From positions 5,030 to 69,029 of the forward strand of contig CAVRJE010000028.1 of the NCBI GenBank assembly GCA_963721365.1: a DNA stretch of 64,000 nt, given 5' to 3'. Below are positions 47,945 through 57,351 of this stretch, in pieces (within the stretch, counting starts at the first letter, position 1; the number at the start of each line of letters is the position of its first letter). The notes under the pieces are model-generated. The model made no database searches and was not told the origin of the DNA. It saw only the letters and a list, made by a program, of their open reading frames with translations. This DNA comes from an uncultured Actinomycetota bacterium. GTDB taxonomy: Bacteria; Actinomycetota; Thermoleophilia; RBG-16-64-13. The translations under genes were made by a program, and so were the position numbers.

Positions 47945-49029
47945 GCTAACCACGGTCACCGCCACTGATCGACCTTACGGCCATTACCACTTCTATTGCT
48001 TTTTATTAAACATGAAACGTTTATTGCAATGACAGCGAGCGACCCCCAGAAGCCGGACGGAAGCCGTTTCCCGGTCCAGAAGATCCCGCCCAGCCACGAC
48101 TACATCCGCCACACGCGGCATGGGCGAGGACGGGCGACCGGCCGGCCGCCAGCCAGGCGCGCCGGCGCCCGTCTACGGCGAGATCCACAAGTTCGGCTAC
48201 ACCCGCCCGCTCAAGAAACACGAGCAGCCCGACCTCGACGCGGAAGCGGAACCCGCGGGCGATCCCTCTCCCCCGTTCGTCCACCTGCACGTGCACTCGA
48301 ACTTCTCGTTCCTCGACGGCGGCAGCCGCATCGAGGAGTTGGTGGCCCGGGCCGCCGAACTCGGGCAGCCGGCTCTGGCGCTCACCGACCACGACGGCCT
48401 GTACGGCGCGGTCCGCTTTGCCAAGGCCTGCGCCAAGCGGGGCATCAAGCCGATCTTCGGCGCCGAGGTACGGGTAGAGTCGCTGCTGTCCGGCGGCGAG
48501 CGGCCCGGATCCGCGGCACCCACTGGCGCCGGCGCGCACGGCAACCCGGGCCAGAGCGACCCGCGCTCCGGCGCCGGCGACGATCCCCATCACCTCGTCC
48601 TCCTCGCCGAGACCCGCGAGGGCTACGCCAACCTCTGCCGCCTCCTCTCCGCCGCCCACCTCGCCGACCCCGAGCGCGAGCGCCCGCCCCTCGTCACCCT
48701 CGAGTCGCTGCGGAGCCACGCCGAGGGGCTCATCTGCCTCACCGGCTGCCGCCACGGGGAGATCGGCTACCTGATCGACGCCGGCCGCGACGACCGACGC
48801 CCGCGCGGCGCTCCTCCACCTGCGCGACATCTTCGGCCCCGCGCACCTCTACGTGGAGCTGCAGTACTTCGGCTACGAGCCCCACCAGGAGGCGCACGCC
48901 GGCCAGCACGGCGCCGCCGTCTTCAAGAAGGCGCCCGCCATCGGCAACCGGCTGCGGCACGAGCAGGTGGCCGCCCCGGCCGGCGCCGACACGTCCATCG
49001 CCGTCGACTCGCCTTCATCGCGTCACCAT

Positions 49030-49050
49030 TGCATTGCAACTTCTATTGCA
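49030..49050 (+). repeat. Low-GC triple-TGCA motif, copy 1 (TGCATTGCAACTTCTATTGCA)
   Basis: AT-rich 21-mer inside dnaE2 insertion 1 with the pattern TGCA-n-TGCAA-n7-nTGCA. A related shorter sequence CCATTACCACTTCTATTGCT lies in the 5' leader at 47981-48000. Confidence 0.7.
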
Positions 49051-49508
49051 TTCAAGGCCGATGGTATCGGCCCCCACGGCCGCATCGCCGCAGCGACAGC
49101 CAGGGCCGCCGCCAAAGCCGCCGCCGCTCCGATCTCCCCCAGGGCCACCCGCAGCGGCTCAATCCCTCCGACTACGACGTCGGCTTCCATCGAGACGACC
49201 GGCCCTGGCGCCTGTCCTGTCTCACCTACTGCCTGCAGCTCGCGGCGCTGGCGCGCGCCTGTGGACTGCCCACCGTCCTCACCACAAATGCCCACTACGC
49301 TCGGGGATCTGACAGAGCCATTCACCTGATCTGCCGGGCCGCCGGCCACGACAAGCCCCTGTCGGGATATCCGGATCCGGCACCCGGCGTCCGTTGCCTC
49401 AAGGCTAAGGCGGAAATAGAGGCTTTGGCGGCCCCCCTACTGGAGCTGATTGCCGCCGCCGACCAGCCCGAAGATACTGCGCCCCGTTCGGTGGTAATGC
49501 ATGATGAT

Positions 49509-49529
49509 TGCAATGCAACATCAATTGCA
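49509..49529 (+). repeat. Low-GC triple-TGCA motif, copy 2 (TGCAATGCAACATCAATTGCA), preceded by ATGCATGA
   Basis: It lies inside dnaE2 insertion 2. ATGCATGA-n4-TGCAnTGCAA-n... is repeated 84 bp downstream. Confidence 0.7.
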
Positions 49530-49592
49530 CTTTATGGAGCGCCACCGTGCGACGGCAGCAGCCCATGGGACGGTGCTTCTATGCATGAGCGT

Positions 49593-49613
49593 TGCAGTGC
49601 AATAGATACTGCA
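49593..49613 (+). repeat. Low-GC triple-TGCA motif, copy 3 (TGCAGTGCAATAGATACTGCA), preceded by ATGCATGA
   Basis: It lies inside dnaE2 insertion 2 and has the same spacing of the three TGCA cores as copies 1 and 2. Confidence 0.7.
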
Positions 49614-49688
49614 AACACTGGGGTGCGACAAGCAGCGCCACGCCAGGCCGACCACCGTGCTGATTCACCCTCCCCCGCGTCTAATAGA

Positions 49689-49706
49689 TTTGCGGAATTC
49701 CGCAAA
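49689..49706. repeat. Perfect 18-bp palindrome TTTGCGGAATTCCGCAAA inside dnaE2 insertion 2
   Basis: The reverse complement is identical and is centred on GAATTC. It is embedded in the open reading frame (...SNRFAEFRKPH...). Confidence 0.8.
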
Positions 49707-52270
49707 CCGCATAGGACGGCCCCGGCACCCACGCACGTATCCCCCTTGGCGCCTACGCCCACGCGTACCCACTGCCCCGCGTCCGCGCGTCGCCCCGGCC
49801 CTCTCGCCGCCTGGTCATCGCCGCTCGACGCGACGGCGCAGATCGCCGCCCGCTGCAACGTCGACCTCGAGCTCGGCACCTACCACTTCCCCAAGGTGGA
49901 GGTGCCCCGCGGCGAGACCGCCTACTCGCTCCTGGCCAAGCGCTGCTTCCGGGGCATCGCCCGCATGTACAAGCCGGTGCCGCCCCGGGCCGTGGAGCTT
50001 CTGGAGAAGGAGCTCCGCATGATCCAGCAGATGGGATTCGCCCATTATTTCTTGGTGGTGCACGACATCGTCAGGTGGGCGCGCGCCAAGGGCGTCGCGT
50101 GCTCGGGGCGGGGGTCGGCTGGGAACTCGATCGTCTGTCACGCGCTGGATATCACCGCCAGCGAGCCTATCCGCCACAACCTGCTGTTCGAGCGGTTCCT
50201 CAATCCCAACCGCCGCGAGATGCCCGACATCGACGTGGACTTCTGTTCCTCGCGCCGGGACGAGGTGATCGAACACATCTACAAGACTTTCGGAAACGAA
50301 AACGTGGCTGTGGTGGCCAATATCAACACCATGAGCCCCCGCTCGGCGGTCCGGATCGTGGCCGAGGCCCTGGGATACGCCCCCACCGAGATCAACGCCC
50401 TGGCCAAGCACGTGCCCCGGCACGGGGACGCGGCGCGCATACGGGAGTATCTGGCCGGCGCCTGGCCGGAGCTGCGCGACTCACCGCTGCAGGACTCAGC
50501 CCCTGCGGTGCCGCCGGCCGACGGCGCCCCCGCGCGCCCCGAGGGTCGGTACGCGCGTCTGTTGGACCTGGTCGAGCGCCTCGACTCCTTCCCCATGCAC
50601 CTGGGCACCCACCTGGGGGGCTTCGTCATCACCGACCGGCCCATCACCTACTACGCCCCGCTCCAGTGGGCGGCCAAGGGCGTGGTGGTCATCCAGTTCA
50701 ACAAGGACGACGTCGCCGCCCTGGGCCTGGTCAAGATGGACATCCTCGGCCTCCGCACCCACTCGGCCGTCTCGGAGACCGTCCACCTCATCCGGCAGCG
50801 CACCGGGCGCCGCATCCGCCCCTACGACCTGCCCCCCGACGACCCCGCCGCCTACGAGATCGTCTCCAACGGCGGCTCCATCGGGCTGTTCCAGCTGGAG
50901 TCGGCCGGCCAGCGCAACCTCGCCTCCCGCCTGCAGGAGCGGGACTTCGACGACGTCATCGCCGCCATCGCCCTCTACCGGCCCGGTCCGCTGGAGGCCG
51001 AGATGATCGGCCCCTTCATCGACCGCCGCTGGGGCATCGAGCCCGTCGTCCTCCCCCACCCCGCCATGGCCGAGGCGGTGGCCGACACCTACGGGGTGAT
51101 CCTCTATCAGGAGCAGGTGCTGCGCATAGCCCAGTCGGTGGCCGGGTTCGACCTGGCCGACGCCGACTCCCTCCGCCGAGCCATGACCCGCGACCGCAGC
51201 CGGGAGGAGATGGCCAAGATCGGCGAGACCTTCATCGGCGGGGCCGTCGCCCGGGGCGTGCCGGAGGACGCGGCGCGGGAGGTCTTCCGCCAGTTGGAGG
51301 GCTTCGCCGCCTACGGGTTCAACAAGAGCCACTCGGTGTGTTTCGCCGTCATCGCCTACGCCACCGCCTACCTCAAGGCCTACTACCCGGCCGAGTTCCT
51401 CTGCTCCATCCTCAACAACTACCCGATGGGGTTCTATACGCCGCGGACGGTGCTGAACGACGCCCGCCGCTTCGGGCTGGAGGTGCGGCCGCTGGACATC
51501 AATCTGTCGGGGCGGGGGTTCACCGTGGAGGATGCGGTGGCGCCGGATCCTTGGGCGGGGGCCGGGACCGGCGTGAGCCCGACCTTCTGGGCGCGGCGCA
51601 GCCGGCGGTGACTCAGACCTGTTCGGCGCGGCACGCACCCATGGGGCGCAAGCCCCCTACAACCCCTTCGCCCAAGCCTGGACCGCCGAGCACGGCTGGG
51701 GGCTCACCGACGCCGATCTGGCCGAGTTGGCCGCCGAGCAGGATGGGGACCAGGCCTATGCCGAGGCCCTGCAGGCGGCGCTGGAGCACCGGGTTTCTGA
51801 CGGCGACCGTCGAGGTGGGGCGAAATCCGGTCCGTCTGGACCTGACACCACCGCCACCCCGCCAGCCAGCCTAAGCCCCACCGCTCAGACCACCCCGCTG
51901 GGGCGCGAAGCGCCCGCCCGCCCCGGCGACCTCCTCCTCCCCCGCGCCCCACGCGCCCGCGGAGGCGTGGAGCCCGGCGCCTGCCTCGCCCCCAGCACCG
52001 GCATCGCCCCGGACGCCGGCCGGGCCCTGCGCGTCGGCCTCTCCTACCTCAAGCAGATGGGCGAGCGCACCCTCGACCGCATCGAGGAGGAACGCCGCCA
52101 CGGCCCCTTCACGAGCTTCGAGGACTTCTACCTGCGCACCCGCATCGACAGCGCGGTGGCCGAGAACCTCATCCGGGTGGGCGCCTTCGACTCTCTCGAG
52201 CCCGACCGCACCGAACTGCTCTGGCGCCTGCCCCTGCTGCACGATCGCCTGGAGGCCCTGGCCGGGTCTT

Positions 52271-52366
52271 CCGGACAGAGGCGCGGCCAACTGCGGGCCT
52301 TCTTCAGCCCGCCCAGCCGCGCCGGACTCGAACGCTCCTGGAGCCTCGAGGACAAGGTCCGCTCCG
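52271..52366 (+). repeat. 96-bp direct repeat, copy A (inside dnaE2 coding sequence)
   Basis: ccggacAgaggcgcggccaactgcgggccttcttcagcccgcccagccgcgccggactcgaacgCtcctggagcctcgaggacaaggtccgctccg shows 94/96 identity to 63297-63392. Confidence 0.9.
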
Positions 52367-53058
52367 AACTCGAACTCCTGGGCCTCACCGTGAGCTGCCA
52401 TCCCCTCCAGCTCTACGAGGAGGAACTCCGCCGGATGGGCGTGCGCATGAGCTACGAGCTCCCCGCCCTGGGAGACGAGGTCCCGGTGACGGTGGCCGGC
52501 GTCTACGAGCGGGCTCAGAACCCCTGGATGCGTTCGGGGAAAAGGACGATGTTCCTGACCCTAGAGGACGCCTACGGGCTGTTTGAGTGCGTGTGCTTCG
52601 AGAAGCAAGCTGGCCAGGATCGCCCCGGTGGTGGCCCGGGCCAGCTACTTCCTGGTGCGGGGACGGCTGCAGAACAACCACAAGCGGGGGCTGGCTATCG
52701 TGGCCGAGGAGGTGTTGGATCTGGAGGAGGTGTTGGCGAGGAGGCGGGCCCGGCAATCAAAGCCGCCGCCAGCCCCTCCCAGCCCGGCCCTGCCGCCCAT
52801 GCCCGACCCTGTCGACATGATCGGGCGGCGGGAGACTGAGACCTATGGGGACGGGACCGCGTCGGCCAAGAAGCGGGCGCCGGGAGCGGGGACTGGGGCT
52901 ATTCCTAAGAAGGTGGGGTAAAGGGCAGGGCGGACAGGGAGAAATCGTCTGGATGTCACGGCACGTCTGGGCGCGGTCGGGAGAACCCTGGTGCCGGACC
53001 AGACTCCACCAAGGTCCCACGGTACGGGGTCGCGCCGCCCGTCAGAGTCGAGGCGCTC

Positions 53059-53087
53059 TTGACGCGCACCGCGGCAACGAATAGCAT
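53059..53087 (+). promoter_or_regulatory. Candidate sigma-70-type promoter TTGACG-N17-TAGCAT upstream of the AbrB/PIN pair
   Basis: TTGACG lies at 53059-53064 and TAGCAT at 53082-53087. GAGGTAAGGA and the ATG at 53108 follow. Confidence 0.4.
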
Positions 53088-53107
53088 GTGAGGTAAGGAC
53101 TGCTCAG

Positions 53108-53395
53108 ATGGTAAGGACATCTCTCATTCCAAGGACAAGAATAACAAGTAAGGGCCAGGTCACCGTGCCCATCGAGGTGCGCCGGAAGCTCGACCTCCAG
53201 CCGGGAGATGAGCTCGTCTTCGAAGTCCGCGACGGGGAGCTGTACGCAAGGGGGCTCAAGCGGCGCCGACTCAGCGAGCTGAGAGGAGCGCTCCCGGCCA
53301 CAAGACCGTTTCCCGGCCGCGACACGATCCGGGAGGAAACAGGCCGGCGGCTCGGCGAGGAGCTCTGCACCGATTCCGGAGCCGGCGACAGTTGA
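53108..53395 (+). CDS. AbrB/MazE/SpoVT-family antitoxin
   Basis: RITSKGQVTVPIEVRRKLDLQPGDELVFEVRDGELYA. Its stop overlaps the downstream TTG start (TTGA). Confidence 0.8.
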   Translation: MVRTSLIPRTRITSKGQVTVPIEVRRKLDLQPGDELVFEVRDGELYARGLKRRRLSELRGALPATRPFPGRDTIREETGRRLGEELCTDSGAGDS

Positions 53396-53800
53396 AACCG
53401 GTCTGGGTGGACGCAAACGTTCTGCTGCGCCTGTTGACGAATGATTCCGCCGGCCATGGCCGAAAGGGCCGCGGCCGTTGCGGAACGAGCAGAGCGTGGC
53501 GAACTGCTCCTGCGTGTCGCTCCTCTGGTAGTCGCCGAGGTTGTCTGGGTGCTCCAGTCCTTCTACGGCCACGACAAACGCCGGATCGCCGAAGCTCTCA
53601 CCGCGCTGCTCACGGCAAGAGGGGTGGACGCGGTCGATGGTGATACTGTCGTTTCGGCCCTCGAGACGATGGCCGGCAGCAACGTCGACTTCGTCGATGC
53701 CTATCTGGCCCAGGTGTCATGCGCCACACGCGAGGCGGTGTGTTCGTTCGACGAGGATTTCCGGCGCCTGGGAGTGGAGTTGGTTAGCGCCCGACCAAGG
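53392..53800 (+). pseudogene. PIN-domain toxin (VapC-like), one frame change (~53445) and no stop before the next gene
   Basis: LKPVWVDANVLLRLLTND is followed by PPAMAERAAAVAERAERGELLLRVAPLVVAEVVWVLQSFYGHD...SNVDFVDAYLAQVSCATREAVCSFDEDFRRLGVELV in ORF 53441... That frame runs on into the following gene without a stop. Confidence 0.7.
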
Positions 53801-54771
53801 ATGAATCATGCCTTCTATTCGCGGCCCAAGCTGAGAACCATCGTCAAAGCCGCCGATTTCGCCCGCGGCTACCTCCAGGTCGACCGAGCCGCAGTAGACG
53901 CGGTCCTGGCCGACGTGCCCGGCATCTCGCAACTCCTGCGCGACGATGCCCTGCTGCTCGTCTGGCTCGTCCGCATGGCGGACGCCGTTCGGGAATTGCC
54001 TCCGGCCGTCAGAGCCATGCGGCCGACGGCGCCCTGGCTCGAGCTGAAGATGTTCGAGAACGTGGACCCGTTTCGCTCTGGGTTCTTTGCGGCCTATCCG
54101 GAGGGTGTCGTCTCCAAGATCGTTCGCGAGAATGTCCTTCCGCTCGGCAAGGCGGCCGCCCAGATCCTGGCCGACATCGAGAAGCATGGCCTGCCGGCGC
54201 CCTCCGTCGCTCCTCCCGCGGTTTATCAGTTCAAGGTCTCCCTGGTGGGTATCCGGCCACCCATCTGGCGGCGGCTGCTGATCTCCAACCAGGTCACCCT
54301 CCACAAGTTGCACATGGCCATCCAGATCATGGGCGGGTGGTGGAACTATCACCTCCACCTGTTCGAGATCGCCGGCACCGAGTACGGCTATCCGGATCCC
54401 GATGGCGAGCTCGATCACCTGAGCAGCGCCCGCTACAAGCTCAACGCGCTGCCGCTCATGGGGGAGAGAGCTTCAAGTATGTCTACGATTTTGGGGACCA
54501 TTGGGAGCACAAGGTGCTGCTGGAGGACGTCTTGCCGCCCGACCAAGCGCCGGGCCATCCCGTGTGCCTGGGCGGCGAGCGCGGCTTTCCCCACGAGGAT
54601 TGCGGTGGTGTGTACGGGTACCGCGAGATGCTGAAGGTCCTTCGCCGGCCAAGCCACCCCGAACACGAGGAGATGCAAACCTGGGCCGGGCCGAACTACG
54701 ATCCCGAGGGGTTCGATCTGGAATTCATCAATCGACAGCTGCGCACAGGGCGGCTATTGGTGCGGATGTAG
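53801..54771 (+). pseudogene. pRiA4b ORF-3-like (PF07929-type) protein, one frame change (~54470)
   Basis: ...VYQFKVSLVGIRPPIWRRLLISNQVTLHKLHMAIQIMGGWWNYHLHLFEIAGTEYGYPD... is followed by FKYVYDFGDHWEHKVLLEDVLPPDQAPGHPVCLGGERGFPHEDCGGVYGYREML (ORF 54337..54771). Confidence 0.75.
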
Positions 54772-54846
54772 CCCGCAACTCCGCAATCTACGGCAACACC
54801 AGCGCACAGCCCCTCGACTCAAGGAGTCGAACGAGGTCGGTGCGCT

Positions 54847-55062
54847 TCACCTGATGTTGAGCTCACCAACCTTGTGGACGAAGGGAATCTCTCCAGAGGA
54901 GACGTCCTTGTAGATATCGAGAAGATTCTCTTTGAGTTCGTCCAGCGTCCTGCCCTGAGTCCGGTAGTCCGGATACTCTTCCAGCCAGCCGATGAACATC
55001 CCCTCGTCTTCGAAGTAGATGAACTTCTTCGTCTCCATGAAGGAATTGTACCGCCTAGTCAT
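54847..55062 (-). CDS. Orphan HicB-like (UPF0150) antitoxin-fold protein
   Basis: METKKFIYFEDEGMFIGWLEEYPDYRTQGRTLDELKENLLDIYKDVSSGEIPF. I found no recognisable HicA partner in the 140 bp upstream. Confidence 0.65.
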   Translation of the reverse strand: MTRRYNSFMETKKFIYFEDEGMFIGWLEEYPDYRTQGRTLDELKENLLDIYKDVSSGEIPFVHKVGELNIR

Positions 55063-55210
55063 GCTGCATCACCCCCTCGCGAGTCGGACGTTTCCACCAT
55101 GAACGACAACTGAGGGCGCCGGAATCAGCCTAAGGGCCAAACATGGCGAGCGGTCGGACGCACGGCAAGTCCGCGTTGCTCCCGTCCGGCCGCGGTGCTA
55201 GCCTGCCCTT

Positions 55211-56918
55211 ATGAACCAGAACGTCCTCTACTACGGCGACAACCTCGACATCCTGCGGCGCTACGTCAAGGACGAGTCCGTCGACCTGATCTACCTCGAC
55301 CCGCCGTTCAACTCCAACGCCACTACAACGTCCTCTTCGCCGAGCAGAACGGCACCCGCGCGGCCGCCCAGATCAAGGCCTTCGAGGACACCTGGACCTG
55401 GGACCAGGAGGCCGCCCGGGAGTACGAGGAGACCGTGGAAGCCGGCGGCCGAGTGGCCGACGCCCTGCGCGGCGTTCCGGACCTTCCTCGGCCCCAGCAA
55501 CATGCTCGCCTACCTGTCCATGATGGCCCTCGCCTGGTCGAGCTGCGCCGCGTGCTCAAGCCCACCGGCAGCATCTACCTGCACTGCGACCCGACGGCGA
55601 GCCACTATCTGAAGATGCTGATGGATGCGATCTTTGGGCCGCAGAACTTTCGCAACGAGATCATCTGGAAGCGCACCAGTCAGCGCACGGAAACGCAGGT
55701 CGCAACTACGGCTCGGTTCGCGACTCGATCCTCTTCTATTCAAAGGGTCTCGGACTAGACCTGTGCGCCAGCAATACACTGCCGCTTCCGCACGACTACG
55801 TCGAGAAGACATTTACCGAGTACGCACGATCCTGACGGGCGGCGATATCGGCAGTCGATCACGCTCCGGAACCCAGGGCGCACGTCCGAATCTGCGGTAT
55901 CACTACGAGGCTACGAACGGCGTCACGTACAAGCCGCATCCCGAACGGCTGGGCGTGCGACCTGAAGCGAATGATGCAGGAACTTGACCGCGAGGGACGC
56001 CTGCTACTTCCCGCAGAACCGTCCGATGGCCGCATTCGCCTGAAGCGGTACCTCGACGAGATGCACCGGCGATGCCGTCTCCAACAACATCTGGGAGGAC
56101 ATCCCGCCGATCGACGCCCACGCCGCAGGAGCGCCTCGGCTACCCCACCCAGAAGCCCCTCGCCCTTCTCGAGCGCATCATCTCCGCCTCCAGCAACCCG
56201 GGCGACCTGGTGCTCGACCCGTTCTGCGGCTGCGGCACCGCCGTCATCGCCGCGGAGAAGCTCAAGCGCAATTGGATCGGCATCGACATCACCCACCTGG
56301 CCATGACACTCATCAAGAACCGGCTTTCGGATTCCTTTGGCGAAGAATCAATGCCTCGGGTTATCGGTGAGCCGGTGTCGGTTCCGGATGCCGAAGCGCT
56401 TGCCGCTCAGGATCCCTGGCAGTTCCAGTGGTGGGCCCTGGGACTGGTGGGCGCCCGGCCCGTGGAGCACAAGAAGGGCGCCGACCGCGGCATCGACGGA
56501 CGCCTCTTCTTCCACGACGAGGCCAAGGGCAAGACCAAGCAGGTGATCATCTCGGTCAAGGCGGGAGAGACCTGCAACGTGGCTCACGTGCGCGACCTCG
56601 AGGGTGTGCTCGACCCGCGAGCAGGCCGAGATAGGGGTGCTCATCTCCATGAAGGAGCCTACCCAGCCCATGCGCACGGAGGCCGCCTCCGCCGGCTTCT
56701 ACAGCTCACCTGGCTGGCACACCAAGCATCCGCGCGTGCAGATTCTCACCGTGGCCGACCTTCTCGGCGGGGCAGGTATCGACTACCCGTCTCGCCACGC
56801 CAACGTCACCTTCCGCAAGGCCCCGCGGCTGCAGCGTGGCGCCGACCACGAGCAGATGGCGCTGGGAGGAGCCGGCGGCACGAGCGGCGGTGAAGAGGTT
56901 CTTTCGGACGAGGACTGA
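55211..56918 (+). pseudogene. N6/N4 DNA methyltransferase (DPPF ... FCGCGT, beta-class order) fused to a C-terminal Mrr-like nuclease-fold domain; at least 6 frame changes
   Basis: MNQNVLYYGDNLDILRRYVKDESVDLIYLDPPFNSNA / YNVLFAEQNGTRAAAQIKAFEDTWTWDQEAAREYEE / ...LVELRRVLKPTGSIYLHCDPTASHYLKMLMDAIFGPQNFRNEIIWKRTS / ...ERLGYPTQKPLALLERIISASSNPGDLVLDPFCGCGTAVIAAEKLKRNWIGIDITHLA...GADRGIDGRLFFHD...KQVIISVKAGE / ...AEIGVLISMKEPTQPMRTEAASAGFY... Confidence 0.8.
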
Positions 56919-56979
56919 GACGGCTCGGAGACTTCACGATCGGCTGCGGGGTGGCGTCGCCTCTGATCCACGCAAGCCC

Positions 56980-57351
56980 CTAGCCTGCAACCGGAAGCCT
57001 CCGAACCCTGATCCGTGAATGTTCAAAGACGACCGCACTGCCCACGGCCAAATCCTCGGCAATCGAATCGAGGTTGTCAAGAAGTAGAGTGAGCTGAGCA
57101 TCGGGCCGCTTGCTGACACCACGCCTGAACAGGATGACCGATGGTTTGGATTGGCCCCGCAAGGCTAGCAGGGTGCCGAAATCGGAGTCTGCGGAGATCA
57201 GAACCCTGCCCTCCCGCTCGGCAAGGGCAAAGACGTCGTCGTCGCTCGCCGACTGCATATCGAAATCCCGGACGTGAACCGCATCATGCCCGGCCTGCGT
57301 GAGGCCCGTCGCGAGTTTCGGCGAGATCGCGTTGTCGACGAGGAACTTCAG
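56980..57351 (-). CDS. DUF5615-family (PIN-like) putative toxin; apparent CTG start overlapping the upstream stop (CTGA)
   Basis: (L)[63 protein letters not shown]... The position where the usual ATGA overlap would sit reads CTGA. Confidence 0.65.
   Translation of the reverse strand: MKFLVDNAISPKLATGLTQAGHDAVHVRDFDMQSASDDDVFALAEREGRVLISADSDFGTLLALRGQSKPSVILFRRGVSKRPDAQLTLLLDNLDSIAEDLAVGSAVVFEHSRIRVRRLPVAG

Larger units (their letters stand above)
48120..52921 (+). pseudogene. dnaE2: DnaE2/ImuC-type C-family DNA polymerase alpha subunit with three lineage-specific insertions; about 4 frame changes (~48797, ~49200, ~51600, ~52600)
   Basis: The PHP domain is FVHLHVHSNFSFLDGGSRIEELVARAAELGQPALALTDHDGLYGAVRFAKACAKRGIKPIFGAEV. 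The core has GRGSAGNSIVCHALDITASEPIRHNLLFERFLNPNRREMPDIDVDF, LGLVKMDILGLRTHS, LYRPGP, YQEQV and FNKSHS. The C-terminal part (RVGLSYLKQMGERTLDRIEEERRHGPFTSFEDF..., ...YFLVRGRLQNNHKRGLAIVAEEVLDL) is in ORFs 51727.. and 52583..52921. LTDHDGLYGAVRFA and SIVCHALDIT resemble DnaE2 rather than replicative DnaE1. Confidence 0.85.

Noticed and set aside
49689-49706. The 18-bp perfect palindrome as a transcription terminator.
   Set aside because: It lies inside an open reading frame with no loop (the stem would have zero unpaired bases) and no downstream U-tract. A protein-binding site or a recombination-derived sequence is more plausible.
48860-49810. An intein or homing-endonuclease insertion in dnaE2.
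   Set aside because: The inserted segments lack intein blocks: there is no Cys/Ser-initiated block A, no TxxH, and no terminal HN followed by Cys/Ser/Thr. They also lack LAGLIDADG/HNH motifs. They are short, low-complexity and split by genuine DnaE sequence.
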